Below, in pieces: positions 18,001 to 27,671 of a DNA stretch of 64,000 nucleotides. This DNA is from Saprospiraceae bacterium. Lineage in GTDB: Bacteria > Bacteroidota > Bacteroidia > Chitinophagales > Saprospiraceae. The first letter of the stretch is position 1. Each line of letters begins with the position of its first letter. The notes under the pieces are model-generated. The model did not search any database and had not been told where the DNA came from. It saw nothing but the letters and a program-made list of their open reading frames with translations. The DNA lies in assembly GCA_020630955.1 (NCBI GenBank), contig JAHDIE010000012.1, forward strand, positions 5,142 through 69,141. Reading direction: 5' to 3'. Both the position numbers and the translations under genes were made by a program.

Positions 18001-18837
18001 TTAAATAATATTCAATCTTAATTTCAAAGCAGATTTTGCTAAAAGGTATATTTTCTTGCGATTGCGAACTCTGATTCTTTTTTCCTTAACCTCCTGAATA
18101 GGTGCGCTTTTAATTTTATTAAATAAATTCACATAATAAATGTATGCAAGATAAACACCAAATTTTGAACCTGAAGGCAAATTTCTAATTCCTCTTAGAC
18201 CATTATCAAAATCAATAGCTATATCACTCTCAATTTCTTGTTTGTCTTTTTCAGTAAAATTATTGTAATCAATATTAGGAAAATAAACTCTTCCTCTATC
18301 AAGATAATCTGATTTTATATCTCTAAGAAAATTAATTTTTTGAAATGCAGAACCCAATGATCTTGCATCATGCTTTAGAGCATGATACAATTCATCGTTA
18401 TTTAAGCAGAAAATTTTCAAACACATTAATCCTACGACTTCAGCACTTCCATAGATATATTCATTATACATTGTAGAATCATAGACAATGTTATCTAGAT
18501 CCATTTCCATACTTTTAAGAAAAGCCTCAATAAGGTCTGTACCAATTTCATACTTATTTACTACTTCCTGAAATGATTGTAATACAGGGTTTAGACTTAT
18601 ACCTTGATCTATGGCCTCATAGGTGTCTTTTTTAAATTTGCCAAGAAGATATGATTTATCCTTGTTATGAAAAGTATCAACTATTTCATCAGCAAATCTT
18701 ACAAATCCATAAATAGAATAAATGGGCATTCTAAATTTCTTATGAAACAATCTAATACCCATTGAAAACGAAGTACTATATCGATTGGTAATCAATTTAC
18801 TACACTCGTTCGAAGTCTGGCTGAAAAGCTTGTCCAT
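18001..18837 (-). CDS. crtB: phytoene synthase
   Basis: Squalene/phytoene synthase signatures 'YGFVRFADEIVD' and 'AFQKINFLRDIKSD'. 278 aa. Start overlaps the 3' end of crtI by 38 nt. Confidence 0.9.
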   Translation of the reverse strand: MDKLFSQTSNECSKLITNRYSTSFSMGIRLFHKKFRMPIYSIYGFVRFADEIVDTFHNKDKSYLLGKFKKDTYEAIDQGISLNPVLQSFQEVVNKYEIGTDLIEAFLKSMEMDLDNIVYDSTMYNEYIYGSAEVVGLMCLKIFCLNNDELYHALKHDARSLGSAFQKINFLRDIKSDYLDRGRVYFPNIDYNNFTEKDKQEIESDIAIDFDNGLRGIRNLPSGSKFGVYLAYIYYVNLFNKIKSAPIQEVKEKRIRVRNRKKIYLLAKSALKLRLNII

Positions 18838-20326
18838 TTACTTTGATGTTGTTGTTTTTTAAAAATTGATCAGCCACCAATTGACCCGAAATAATAGCTG
18901 GTGGCATACCAGGTCCTGGAACAGTTAGTTGTCCAGTGTAATATAAATTCTTTAAGTGTCTGTTGTAAAATTTAGGTTTTAGGATGGCTGTTTGTTTTAA
19001 TGTATTTGCCAGCCCGTAAGCATTTCCTTTGAAAGCGTTATATCGAGATTTGAAATCACTAATACTAAAGCTTTTATTATAAACAAGATTTTGTTTTATT
19101 TCTGTTCCTGTTTTAAGCTCTATCCGTTCTATTATTTCGTTTAAATATTTTTGGTGTAAATCTTCATTTTCCTTTATACCTGGTGCTAAAGGAATTAAAG
19201 CAAAGAGATTTTCATGCCCTTTTGGAGCTACACTAGTATCCGTCTTACTTGGGGCACAAATATAAAATAAAGGATTTTCTGGCCATTTTGGATTTTCATA
19301 TATCGCAGATGCGTGTTCGTCAAAATCTGTATCAAAGAAAAGATTATGATGTTCAAGTCCTTTTAGCTCCTTGTTAAATCCTAAAAAAAACAATAGTGAT
19401 GAAGGTGCCATTTCCCTTTTATCCCAATAGGAGTCAGAATAATTAGAATAATTATTTGGTAATACACTTCTATCAAAATGTTGATAGTCTGCACCTGTAA
19501 TCACGAAATCAACATCAAAAGATTTATCGTTGCTTATTAATCTTGATATCTTTTTTTCGTTGATTTTCACACCTGTGATCTCACAATTGAATTTGAAATT
19601 TACTCCAAGTGACAATGCCAAATGATAAAAAGCTTCAGTAACTTTATACATCCCACCTTTCGGATACCAAGTTCCGAGAGTCAAATCTGCATGGTTCATT
19701 AATGTATAAAGAGCTGGAATCCTATTGGGCATTGACCCCAAAAACAAAACAGGAAATTCTAGAATCTGTTGAAGACGTTTATCTTTGAAAAGAGCTTTGA
19801 CATTAGAAGAGACGGATGATAGCATTTGTAACTTCAGAAAACTTTTAAACACCTTTAAATCAACAAATTCAAATATAGATTTTCCAGGTTTCCAAACATA
19901 CTCATCTATTCCAACTCGATATTTATATTCAGCCTCTGATAAAAACTTTTCAAGTTTTTCAGCTGCTCCCATCTCTATAGACTCAAAGAGATTTAATAAT
20001 TCTTTTTTGTCTGATGGTATCGACATTTTTTGTCCACCTCCAAAGAATACTTGATATCCAGGATCTAGTCTTTCTAGATTGTAGAAGTCAGCGCTTTTTT
20101 TTCCAAAACGATTAAAAAAGTTTTCAAAAACCTCAGGCATCCAATACCATGATGGTCCCATATCAAATGTGAAGCCTTGAGCTTCAAACTTTGAAGCCCT
20201 TCCACCAGGCATTTCATTTTTTTCATAAATAGTTACATTAATTCCTTTTTCCGCAAGGCAACAAGCTGCAACCATGCTAGAATATCCAGAACCGATAATG
20301 CCTACTTTATTTATCATCTTCAACAA
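18800..20326 (-). CDS. crtI: phytoene desaturase
   Basis: N-terminal FAD fold 'VGIIGSGYSSMVAACCLAEKG', ~500 aa, C-terminal '...TGQLTVPGPGMPPAIISGQLVA' typical of CrtI. Confidence 0.9.
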   Translation of the reverse strand: MLKMINKVGIIGSGYSSMVAACCLAEKGINVTIYEKNEMPGGRASKFEAQGFTFDMGPSWYWMPEVFENFFNRFGKKSADFYNLERLDPGYQVFFGGGQKMSIPSDKKELLNLFESIEMGAAEKLEKFLSEAEYKYRVGIDEYVWKPGKSIFEFVDLKVFKSFLKLQMLSSVSSNVKALFKDKRLQQILEFPVLFLGSMPNRIPALYTLMNHADLTLGTWYPKGGMYKVTEAFYHLALSLGVNFKFNCEITGVKINEKKISRLISNDKSFDVDFVITGADYQHFDRSVLPNNYSNYSDSYWDKREMAPSSLLFFLGFNKELKGLEHHNLFFDTDFDEHASAIYENPKWPENPLFYICAPSKTDTSVAPKGHENLFALIPLAPGIKENEDLHQKYLNEIIERIELKTGTEIKQNLVYNKSFSISDFKSRYNAFKGNAYGLANTLKQTAILKPKFYNRHLKNLYYTGQLTVPGPGMPPAIISGQLVADQFLKNNNIKVNGQAFQPDFERV

Positions 20327-20417
20327 AATAAAAATTTATAACAACTCCATTTGCGGATTGTTTAAAATCAATTTTGTTAAAGCTCGCACTAATTGCAGCA
20401 ATCTATTGAGAAGGCAT

Positions 20418-20450
20418 AAAAAAAATGGGTAGCTCAAAAGAACTACCCAT
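20418..20450 (-). terminator. rho-independent terminator of rpsA
   Basis: On the minus strand: ATGGGTAG ... CTACCCAT stem followed by a run of 8 U (A-run 20418-20425 on +), 27 nt after the rpsA stop. Confidence 0.6.
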
Positions 20451-20476
20451 TTTTATATGATTAAGTTATAAGAAAG

Positions 20477-22810
20477 TTATTTCCCTCCGTCTAACTCATC
20501 TTGCCATTGCTTTAACTCATCCCATTTTCCTGCGGCTGCAAGCTCTGCTTGCTTTGGCCAAGTTGTTGGGTCATGCATTTGATATCTAGAACCGGCTTCT
20601 GTAAGGATGGCCTTAATAGCATCCGCATCAGTTGCTGCTACTTTTGCAAAAGTTTCTAGACCTGCGTTTATTAACAATTCAGCAATTTTTGGCCCTACTC
20701 CTTCAATCTTTTTTAAATCATCCGGAGTTTCTGTTGAAGCAGGTGCTTCCTCTGCTTGAACAGGCGCTTCTTCTGTAGCTGCAGTCTCTTCAACAGCTGG
20801 TTCTTCTACTACTGGAGTTTCATCCTTTACTTCTTCAACTGGTGCAGCTTCTTCTTTGACTGGAGTAGGCGCTTCCTCACCTGATAACTGAGCTTTTAAT
20901 TGAGAAAATGCCTCCAATTCACCTAAAGTAGTCATCTCAACTTTTGATTGAGCTTTGCTAACTTGTTTTCTAGTCTCTTTCTGCTGCTTTTCTTTTTCTG
21001 CAATAACTTCTCCTTCAGCTTCTCTTCTAATATCATCAAGGTATCTCAAGTGAGAAACAATGATTCTCTTATCATCTCTATTAAATTCAATAACCTTCAT
21101 TGTCAAAGTTTCTTCAACTTTGGCCATGCTGTTATCTTCTTTCTTCAAGTGTTTTGCTGGAGCAAAGGCTTCTAATCCGTAAGGCATTTGAACTATTGCA
21201 CCTCGATCATCTTTTTTCAAGATAGTCGCTTCATGATAGGATCCTACAGGGAATACTTTTTCGAAAGTGTCCCATGGATTTTCTTCCAACTGCTTGTGCC
21301 CAAGGGATAATTTTCTGTTATTCATATCGACTTCTAGAATTTGAACGTCGATTTTCTCCCCCACTTTAGTAAATTCTGATGGGTGTGAGAATCTCTTAAT
21401 CCAACTTAAATCTGATATATGAACCATTCCTCCAATTCCAGAATCTAGTTCTACAAATACACCATATGGAGTAAGGTTTTTCACCTCCCCAGTATGTTTT
21501 GTATCGATTGGGAATTTAGTTGCAATATCTTCCCAAGGATCTTTACTTAACTGCTTGATGCTTAGAGACATTTTTCTATCATCCCTATCAATGGTAACTA
21601 CTTTTGATTCGAACTCTTGGTTCAGTGTAAAGTATTCTCTAGCGTTTACTGGTTGAGAACTCCATGATACCTCAGAAACGTGGATCAAACCTTCTACTCC
21701 AGGTATAATTTCTAAGAATGCACCGTAATCCTCTATGTTTACAATCTTTCCTTTCACTACAGAACCAACATTTACATCTGCTGGTAGTACATCCCACGGA
21801 TGTGGTTGCAATTGCTTAAGACCCAATGAGATTCTTTTCTTGTCTTCATCAAAATCTAATACAACTACATTTAGTTTCTGATTCAACTCAAGCACTTCTT
21901 CTGGGTGATTGATTCTTCCCCATGAAATATCCGTGATATAAAGTAGACCATCAACGCCACCAAGATCCATAAATGCACCAAAGTCTGTAATGTTTTTGAC
22001 AACACCTTCCAATACTTGTCCTTTTTCAAGTCCATGTATGATTGCCTCTCTTTGTTCAGCCAAATCACTTTCGATAAGAGCTTTATGAGAAACAACCGCA
22101 TTTTTGATTTTCTCGTTGATCTTAACAACTTTAAACTCCATTGTTTTACCAACGTAAGCATCGTAATCAGTTATTGGCTTGATATCAATCTGAGAACCTG
22201 GTAAGAATGTTTCTAGACCACCAGCATCTACAATTAGACCACCTTTTGTTTTTGAAATGATTAAACCTTTGATGATGGTTCCATTTTCGTAGGAATCAAC
22301 CAACATCTCCCAAGCTCTAAGCAACTTCGCTTTTCTTCTTGACAGAACAAGGTGTCCTTTTTCATCTTCTTTGTTTTCAACATAAACATCTACTAGATCA
22401 CCAACCTTAAGTTCGGTATCCATGCCTCTAAATTCAGAAAGAGGAACAAGACCATCTGCCTTGTAATTGATATCTAAAATAACATCGCCACCGTTGATTG
22501 AAGAAACCTTACCTTGTACTATCTCATACTCAGCAAGACTTCCAAAAGTCTCATCGTAGCTTTTTAGCTGAGCTTCACGCTCATCTTCAGTATAATGAAC
22601 AGTATTTCTATTAGAAATGGACCAATCGAAATCGTCATGAGCTCCTCTTGTTGTCTCATCATCCCAAGTTTCTTTGGGTTCTTGCTTTGGAGCTTCTTTT
22701 TCCGTTTCGTTTTGAACTTCCGTAGCTACTTCCGTTATCGTTTCTTGAACTTCATTTGCGGCAGTTTCTTCAACTTTGCCGTCTTCTACAGGATTCTTGT
22801 CTTCTGACAT
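20477..22810 (-). CDS. rpsA: 30S ribosomal protein S1 with acidic N-terminal tail and C-terminal helix-hairpin-helix extension
   Basis: Six S1/OB repeats (e.g. 'GKVSSINGGDVILDI', 'GVVKNITDFGAFMDLGG', 'GKIVNIEDYGAFLEI', 'GEVKNLTPYGVFVEL'). After about aa 640 comes an E/P/A/V-rich linker, then 'LKKIEGVGPKIAELLINAGLETFAKVAATDADAIKAIL...TWPKQAELAAAGKWDELKQWQDEL'. Confidence 0.95.
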   Translation of the reverse strand: MSEDKNPVEDGKVEETAANEVQETITEVATEVQNETEKEAPKQEPKETWDDETTRGAHDDFDWSISNRNTVHYTEDEREAQLKSYDETFGSLAEYEIVQGKVSSINGGDVILDINYKADGLVPLSEFRGMDTELKVGDLVDVYVENKEDEKGHLVLSRRKAKLLRAWEMLVDSYENGTIIKGLIISKTKGGLIVDAGGLETFLPGSQIDIKPITDYDAYVGKTMEFKVVKINEKIKNAVVSHKALIESDLAEQREAIIHGLEKGQVLEGVVKNITDFGAFMDLGGVDGLLYITDISWGRINHPEEVLELNQKLNVVVLDFDEDKKRISLGLKQLQPHPWDVLPADVNVGSVVKGKIVNIEDYGAFLEIIPGVEGLIHVSEVSWSSQPVNAREYFTLNQEFESKVVTIDRDDRKMSLSIKQLSKDPWEDIATKFPIDTKHTGEVKNLTPYGVFVELDSGIGGMVHISDLSWIKRFSHPSEFTKVGEKIDVQILEVDMNNRKLSLGHKQLEENPWDTFEKVFPVGSYHEATILKKDDRGAIVQMPYGLEAFAPAKHLKKEDNSMAKVEETLTMKVIEFNRDDKRIIVSHLRYLDDIRREAEGEVIAEKEKQQKETRKQVSKAQSKVEMTTLGELEAFSQLKAQLSGEEAPTPVKEEAAPVEEVKDETPVVEEPAVEETAATEEAPVQAEEAPASTETPDDLKKIEGVGPKIAELLINAGLETFAKVAATDADAIKAILTEAGSRYQMHDPTTWPKQAELAAAGKWDELKQWQDELDGGK

Positions 22811-23000
22811 AATTAGAATCAGGTTTGTATCATGATATATGTGTAATCATGAGAGGTTAATTAATAGAGCGCGAAATTAATCATTTTATTGATATTATGC
22901 AGCTTATCCCTTAATAATCAAGCACTTAATTAAAATTTGCCAAAATGAATTACACATATTTTGATTCTGCATTTCTTTAGATTTTTAAAATTATCTTATT

Positions 23001-23020
23001 ATTGTTTATGTCTAAACAAT
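23001..23020. promoter_or_regulatory. 20-nt perfect palindrome just upstream of fadD start
   Basis: ATTGTTTA-TGTC-TAAACAAT, ending 14 nt before the ATG at 23034. Confidence 0.4.
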
Positions 23021-23033
23021 AGAAATAGTAGAA

Positions 23034-24689
23034 ATGGAAAATAAACCCTGGTTAGCAAATTATCCTGCAGGAGTACCTGCAAACATCAATACTGAAGAAT
23101 ATTCAACTCTTTTGGAGTTTGTTTTAGAATGTTTTGATAAATACAAAAAAAGAGTTGCTTATGAGAATTTTGGCAAAAAGCTCAAATATGGAGAACTTGA
23201 CAAGTTAAGTACTCAATTTGCTGGATATCTAGCTGCAAGAGGCCTAAAACCAGGCAACAAAATTGCGCTAATGATGCCCAATTTACTACAATATCCCATT
23301 GCCCTTTTTGGAGCATTAAAAGCTGGACTTATTGTCGTCAATACAAATCCTTTGTACACACCAAGGGAGATGGAACACCAGTTTAAAGATAGTGATGTTG
23401 AGGCAATTGTAATTGCAGAAAATTTTGCTCATAATTTGGAAAAAATAATTGACAAACTTCAGATAGGGGTCATCATTACTACTTCAATCGGAGAATTACT
23501 TGGTACAGTCAAGGGTGGAATGATCAACTTTGTAATAAAATCGATTAAAAGAGGAGTACCAAAATACAATCTAAAAAACACAGTCAATTTCAAAACAGCC
23601 TTGACCGAAGGCAAAAAATTTGAGTTACCGCAAATCAAAGGAAGACCCGATGATGTTATTCTTCATCAATATACTGGAGGTACCACTGGTGTGTCCAAAG
23701 GAGCTATGTTGACAAATGCCAATATGATTGCAAATATGTTACAAATGAAACACTGGATGAGTGGTACCATTTCGACAGAAAATGAAATTGCCTTATCTCC
23801 TTTACCTATGTATCACATTTTTGCATTTTCATTAAATTCTCTTGCTCTGATGGCACTTGGTTGTACAACGGTACTGGTCACAAACCCAAGAGACCTAAAA
23901 TCAGTCACCAAAGAATTTACCAAAAACAATATTACAATCATGACGGGCATCAATACATTATTCAATGCCCTACTAAACAATAAAGATTTCAAGGAATTAG
24001 ACTTTTCTCACCTAAAAGTGACTGTTGGAGGTGGAATGGCCGTACAAGTATCCGTGGCAGAGGAATGGAAAAAGGTAACTGGTGTTACACTTACCGAAGG
24101 TTATGGAATGACCGAAGCATCTCCTGTTGTTTCAGTGAATCCAATCGATGGAACTGCAAGGTTAGGAACCATTGGAATGCCTGTTCCTTCGACAGATATC
24201 AAAATAATAGACGACAATGGAAATGATTTGGAAGAAGCTGGAAGTATAGGTGAATTATTAGTCAAAGGACCACAAGTCATGAGAGGTTATTACAAAAGAC
24301 CTGAAGAGACTGCCAAAACAATTGTAGATGGATGGTTGCACACTGGTGATATAGCCAGCATGCAAAAAGATGGTTATCTTAAAATTGTAGATCGTAAAAA
24401 GGATATGATTTTAGTTTCTGGATTTAATGTGTTTCCAAACGAAATAGAAGAAGTTGTGGTTTCTCATCCAAAGGTCTCTGAAGTTGCAGCTGTAGGAAAA
24501 CCCGATGACAAGTCTGGTGAGGTTGTTAGGGTTTGTGTGGTTAAAAAAGATAAATCCTTAACTGAAAGAGAACTAATAGAATATTGCAGAGAAAACCTGA
24601 CTGGATACAAGGTTCCAAAGGTAGTTGACTTCATGGATGAACTTCCAAAAAGTAATGTAGGTAAAATTCTAAGGAAAGAATTAAGATAA
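23034..24689 (+). CDS. fadD: long-chain-fatty-acid--CoA ligase (AMP-binding family)
   Basis: 'YTGGTTGVSKGAMLTN', 'EGYGMTE', 'GWLHTGDIA' and 'PKSNVGKILRKEL' motifs. 551 aa. Confidence 0.9.
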   Translation: MENKPWLANYPAGVPANINTEEYSTLLEFVLECFDKYKKRVAYENFGKKLKYGELDKLSTQFAGYLAARGLKPGNKIALMMPNLLQYPIALFGALKAGLIVVNTNPLYTPREMEHQFKDSDVEAIVIAENFAHNLEKIIDKLQIGVIITTSIGELLGTVKGGMINFVIKSIKRGVPKYNLKNTVNFKTALTEGKKFELPQIKGRPDDVILHQYTGGTTGVSKGAMLTNANMIANMLQMKHWMSGTISTENEIALSPLPMYHIFAFSLNSLALMALGCTTVLVTNPRDLKSVTKEFTKNNITIMTGINTLFNALLNNKDFKELDFSHLKVTVGGGMAVQVSVAEEWKKVTGVTLTEGYGMTEASPVVSVNPIDGTARLGTIGMPVPSTDIKIIDDNGNDLEEAGSIGELLVKGPQVMRGYYKRPEETAKTIVDGWLHTGDIASMQKDGYLKIVDRKKDMILVSGFNVFPNEIEEVVVSHPKVSEVAAVGKPDDKSGEVVRVCVVKKDKSLTERELIEYCRENLTGYKVPKVVDFMDELPKSNVGKILRKELR

Positions 24690-24712
24690 AATACTTCCGT
24701 AAATATAGAACG

Positions 24713-27145
24713 ATGAAAATAAAGAATTTCATACTAGTACTTTTCATTCTTTTGAGTATAAATCTGAGTGCACAGACTGGTCAAAATGTTAGAGGCTTTG
24801 TAGTTGATAAAGAATCACAATTTCCACTTATTGGAGTAAATGTGATTGTAGGTGAATCTGGTACTTTAGGAACAAGTTCGGATATTGATGGTTCATTTAA
24901 AATTACTCAAGTCCCAATCGGTAGACAAACTATCAAATTCAGTTACCTTGGATATGAGGATGTAATCTTATCAGATATAATTATTAATTCTGGAAAAGAA
25001 ACAATTCTCAATATTGAAATGGAGGAATCTGTTGTTGAAATCAAAGAAGTTGTTATATCTGCGAGAAGAAATGGTGATGTAGCAAACGAAATGGCAACCG
25101 TAAGTGCAAGAGAATTCTCTGTCCAAGAAACCAATAGATATGCCGGAAGTAGAGGAGAACCTGCAAGAATGGCTTCAAATTTTGCTGGCGTGCAAGGTGC
25201 CGATGATTCTAGAAACGATGTTGTCATTAGAGGAAATACACCAGCAGGAGTCCTTTGGAGACTGGATGGTGTAAATATTCCGAATCCAAATCATTTTACC
25301 ATCCCTGGTACGGGTGGTGGATCAGTAACCATACTCAACAATAAGTTTTTAAAAAATTCTGACTTTTTCACCGGAGCATTCCCTGCTGAATATGCCAATG
25401 GAATTGCGGGAGTATTTGATTTGAAGATGAGAAATGGCAATAATGAAAATCATGAATTTAGCGGTCAGTTAGGGTTTTTGGGAACGGAATTGATGGCGGA
25501 AGGGCCATTGTCAAAAACTTCAAAATCCTCCTACTTAGCAACCTATCGTTATTCAAGTCTTCAACTATTTACTGGATTAGGAATTGATGTGGGCACAGAT
25601 GCCATTCCAAAATATCAAGATGCTTCTTTTCGGATAAATTTCCCTCGCCAAAATGGAGGAAATATTGCTTTGTTTGGGATCGGAGGCGTGAGTGATATAG
25701 ACATTCTGATCAGTGAAGAAGAAGCTCCAAGTACAGAGACTCTAATCTATGGCTCCAATGATAGAGATCAATACTTTGGTAGTAAGATGGGCATGTTAGG
25801 ACTTACTTACTCACAACCGCTGGATGAAAGTAGTTACATCAAAGCAACAATTGCAGCCTCTCACTCAAGTGTGACAGCTTATCATGAATATATTGATCGA
25901 TCTGTTGTAGAAGGATTGTTTGTTGTCAACGATAAGATACCAATTTTAGATTACACATTTAATGAAAATAAATATTCTGCATACTTCAATTATGTCAAGA
26001 AATTAAATAAAAAGACTAGTTTAAAAATAGGACTGAATGCTGACTTATTGGGTGTAGATTATCAAGATAAAGGAAAGTCGATTAACATAGACTTATCTAA
26101 TCCTGATACAGTAAGTTTTGGAGAGTGGAGGAATCGTTGGAATGCGCAGGATTTAATTCCATTACTTCAGCCATTTGCTCAAGCTAAATTTAGGTTTAAT
26201 GAGAATCTATCTATGGTTGCTGGCTTCACAGCATTATATTTTGGAATAAACAATATTAGTTTGTCTCCTGTCGAACCAAGACTTGGATTCTCCTACAAAC
26301 TGGATGATAAACAAAAGTTAGGTTTAGGAATTGGTCTACACTCTCAAATTCAAGCACCATATCTATATTATTACGGTAGCCAAGTAGACAATGATGGGCA
26401 AGCTATAGCGAGTAATTTGAACAATATTGGCTTGGTAAAAAGCCTGCATCTGGTGGGATCATATGATAGATTATTAGGACCAGTAAGTAGATTGAAAGCT
26501 GAAATTTATTATCAGCATTTATATGATCTACCTGTAGCTGCCTCCGGCTCCTCATTTTCTCTCATTAATTCTGGTGCAGGATTTTCTCGATTCTTTCCAG
26601 AGGAATTAACAGTTGGTGGAAATGGCCGTAATTATGGGCTAGAACTTACCGTTGAGCGATTTTTCACCAAAGGTTATTACTTTTTAGTTACAACCTCATT
26701 ATTCGATTCTAAATACAAAACATTAGAAAATGTTTGGAGAAACACCTCTTTCAATGGCCGCTATGCTATCAATGCTTTAATTGCCAAAGAATGGGTATTT
26801 AAAAAAGGATCAAGTCTAAATCTGGGAACCAAGATAACCAATGTTGGTGGTGGATGGTACGGAGAAGTAGATTTGGATCAATCAAGATTACAGCAGGATG
26901 TGATCTATCAGGATGCAACGGTCAACACACTTAAGTTCAGACCCTATTTTAGGCAGGATGTGAAAGTGGCCTATAAAATAAACACACAAAAAATTACCCA
27001 TGAAATTGCTATCGATATTGTCAATGTTTTTGATACAGAAAATATCTTAAAGAAAACTTTTGCTCCTGATCATCCCGAAGGTCCAGTTGTCGACGAATTT
27101 CAATTGGGGAGATTACCATTATTTTATTATCGAATTGATTTTTAA
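24713..27145 (+). CDS. TonB-dependent receptor with carboxypeptidase-regulatory-like N-domain (no SusD partner)
   Basis: Signal peptide, 'VRGFVVDKESQFPLIGVNVIV' CarboxypepD_reg-like domain, plug region, long beta-barrel, C-terminal '...LFYYRIDF'. Confidence 0.88.
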   Translation: MKIKNFILVLFILLSINLSAQTGQNVRGFVVDKESQFPLIGVNVIVGESGTLGTSSDIDGSFKITQVPIGRQTIKFSYLGYEDVILSDIIINSGKETILNIEMEESVVEIKEVVISARRNGDVANEMATVSAREFSVQETNRYAGSRGEPARMASNFAGVQGADDSRNDVVIRGNTPAGVLWRLDGVNIPNPNHFTIPGTGGGSVTILNNKFLKNSDFFTGAFPAEYANGIAGVFDLKMRNGNNENHEFSGQLGFLGTELMAEGPLSKTSKSSYLATYRYSSLQLFTGLGIDVGTDAIPKYQDASFRINFPRQNGGNIALFGIGGVSDIDILISEEEAPSTETLIYGSNDRDQYFGSKMGMLGLTYSQPLDESSYIKATIAASHSSVTAYHEYIDRSVVEGLFVVNDKIPILDYTFNENKYSAYFNYVKKLNKKTSLKIGLNADLLGVDYQDKGKSINIDLSNPDTVSFGEWRNRWNAQDLIPLLQPFAQAKFRFNENLSMVAGFTALYFGINNISLSPVEPRLGFSYKLDDKQKLGLGIGLHSQIQAPYLYYYGSQVDNDGQAIASNLNNIGLVKSLHLVGSYDRLLGPVSRLKAEIYYQHLYDLPVAASGSSFSLINSGAGFSRFFPEELTVGGNGRNYGLELTVERFFTKGYYFLVTTSLFDSKYKTLENVWRNTSFNGRYAINALIAKEWVFKKGSSLNLGTKITNVGGGWYGEVDLDQSRLQQDVIYQDATVNTLKFRPYFRQDVKVAYKINTQKITHEIAIDIVNVFDTENILKKTFAPDHPEGPVVDEFQLGRLPLFYYRIDF

Positions 27146-27226
27146 TCTTTAATAAGGCGACTGTCAAAACATAAAAAATGGCATCTCAATTTTCGAATCA
27201 TTATATTTATTAAAAAATATACAGGT

Positions 27227-27592
27227 ATGAGTAAAATTAACATTGGATTATTAACACTTTTAGCATTATTGGCATTTACTGCATGCGATCCCGATGAGGA
27301 CCCAGTAGATCTTTGTTCTACTGATGGAGTAACTTATAACAGTGATGTCAAATCTATTTTTGACAATTCCTGTGCCTTTGCTGGTTGTCATGATGCTGAT
27401 GCCGCTACTTCAATAGGTAGTTTATCCAATTATGAAAATGCGGTTGCCTTTGTTGCATTTGGAAGAATCATTGGGGCAATTAACCATCAAGATGATTTCA
27501 AGCCTATGCCTTATCCGGCAGGTAGTGCAAAGATGGATCAATGTAGCATTGATATTATTGAAGCTTGGATTGCAGATGGCACTCCAGAATAA
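27227..27592 (+). CDS. small lipoprotein with cytochrome-c-like Cys/His motif (CX4CH)
   Basis: Lipobox 'LAFTAC'. 'VKSIFDNSCAFAGCHD' and C-terminal 'KPMPYPAGSAKMDQCSIDIIEAWIADG' resemble the small 'C..CH ... MP ... I..W...G' lipoproteins often next to TBDRs. Confidence 0.7.
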   Translation: MSKINIGLLTLLALLAFTACDPDEDPVDLCSTDGVTYNSDVKSIFDNSCAFAGCHDADAATSIGSLSNYENAVAFVAFGRIIGAINHQDDFKPMPYPAGSAKMDQCSIDIIEAWIADGTPE

Positions 27593-27627
27593 AGGGATAC
27601 ATTTACCGAAAGGTTAAAAATAATGAA

Positions 27628-27655
27628 GGGTGGTATTGGTAGACTGCCCTTTTTT
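27628..27655 (+). terminator. possible terminator
   Basis: GGGTGGT / ACTGCCC stem (two G-U pairs) with an 8-nt loop, followed by T6. Confidence 0.35.
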
Positions 27656-27671
27656 AATTCTTGCTATAGTT

